Below are positions 63,711-64,000 of a DNA stretch of 64,000 bases, piece after piece. The notes beneath the pieces are model-generated. The model had not been told where the DNA came from. It did not search any database and saw nothing but the letters and a program-made list of their open reading frames with translations. The stretch spans positions 5,526,517-5,590,516 of the forward strand of contig NW_019091355.1 of assembly GCF_001949145.1 (NCBI RefSeq), given 5' to 3'. Both the position numbers and the translations under genes were made by a program. This DNA comes from Acanthaster planci. Its lineage: Eukaryota. The first letter of the stretch is position 1. Every line of letters begins with the position of its first letter.

Positions 63711-64000
63711 GTGAAAAATCAATGGTAGGTTGCTCAGGATAACCCACCTATTTCCACGTGTTTAGAAATTTTGAAGTTAACAATTTGATGTTTTCATGTA
63801 AGCTGCTTTGAGATGTTTTCACATGTAAGGCAGTTTATAGAAACTGTTATTTCAACATACATTGGAGAAGAATTTCATTTTCCTGTTGTTAATTTCAGTT
63901 TAATTTCCAACTTTCTGCCAAACTTTGGGCCTGCTGTTCACTTCACACCATCAAAAAGTGAAGTAATGACAGTTTCAAAGTGTATTCCTTTTTGTCTTTC

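Overview
This is eukaryotic (metazoan) genomic DNA, not prokaryotic. The taxon cannot be fixed from sequence alone; a marine invertebrate such as an echinoderm-like deuterostome is my guess. The central feature is a complete two-exon NET-family zinc-finger repressor gene (ZNF503/ZNF703, noc/elbow, nlz) on the minus strand, CDS 24959-24894 joined to 23728-22364 (476 aa). It sits in a long region with no other convincing coding exons, about 22 kb downstream and 34 kb upstream, which is rich in enhancer-like TALE/Hox/TCF motif clusters. One cluster about 0.9 kb upstream is a candidate for the bilaterian-conserved Znf503 enhancer. At the right end a second, divergently oriented gene begins. I can assemble four frame-compatible exons (59083-63710) encoding an unrecognised Ser/Pro/Thr-rich N-terminus with a PIP-box-like motif; the gene runs off the window. 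Its introns are packed with non-autonomous DNA transposons: two hAT-type MITEs with perfect 8-bp TSDs, one piggyBac-type MITE with a TTAA TSD, one unclassified 18-bp-TIR element and a hairpin. Also present are a decayed CR1/L2-type LINE, a perfect 136-bp tandem duplication and LINE/SINE 3' tails. I found no CRISPR array, no rRNA or tRNA gene, and no clear novel multi-gene system. Almost all entries in the six-frame ORF track look spurious.
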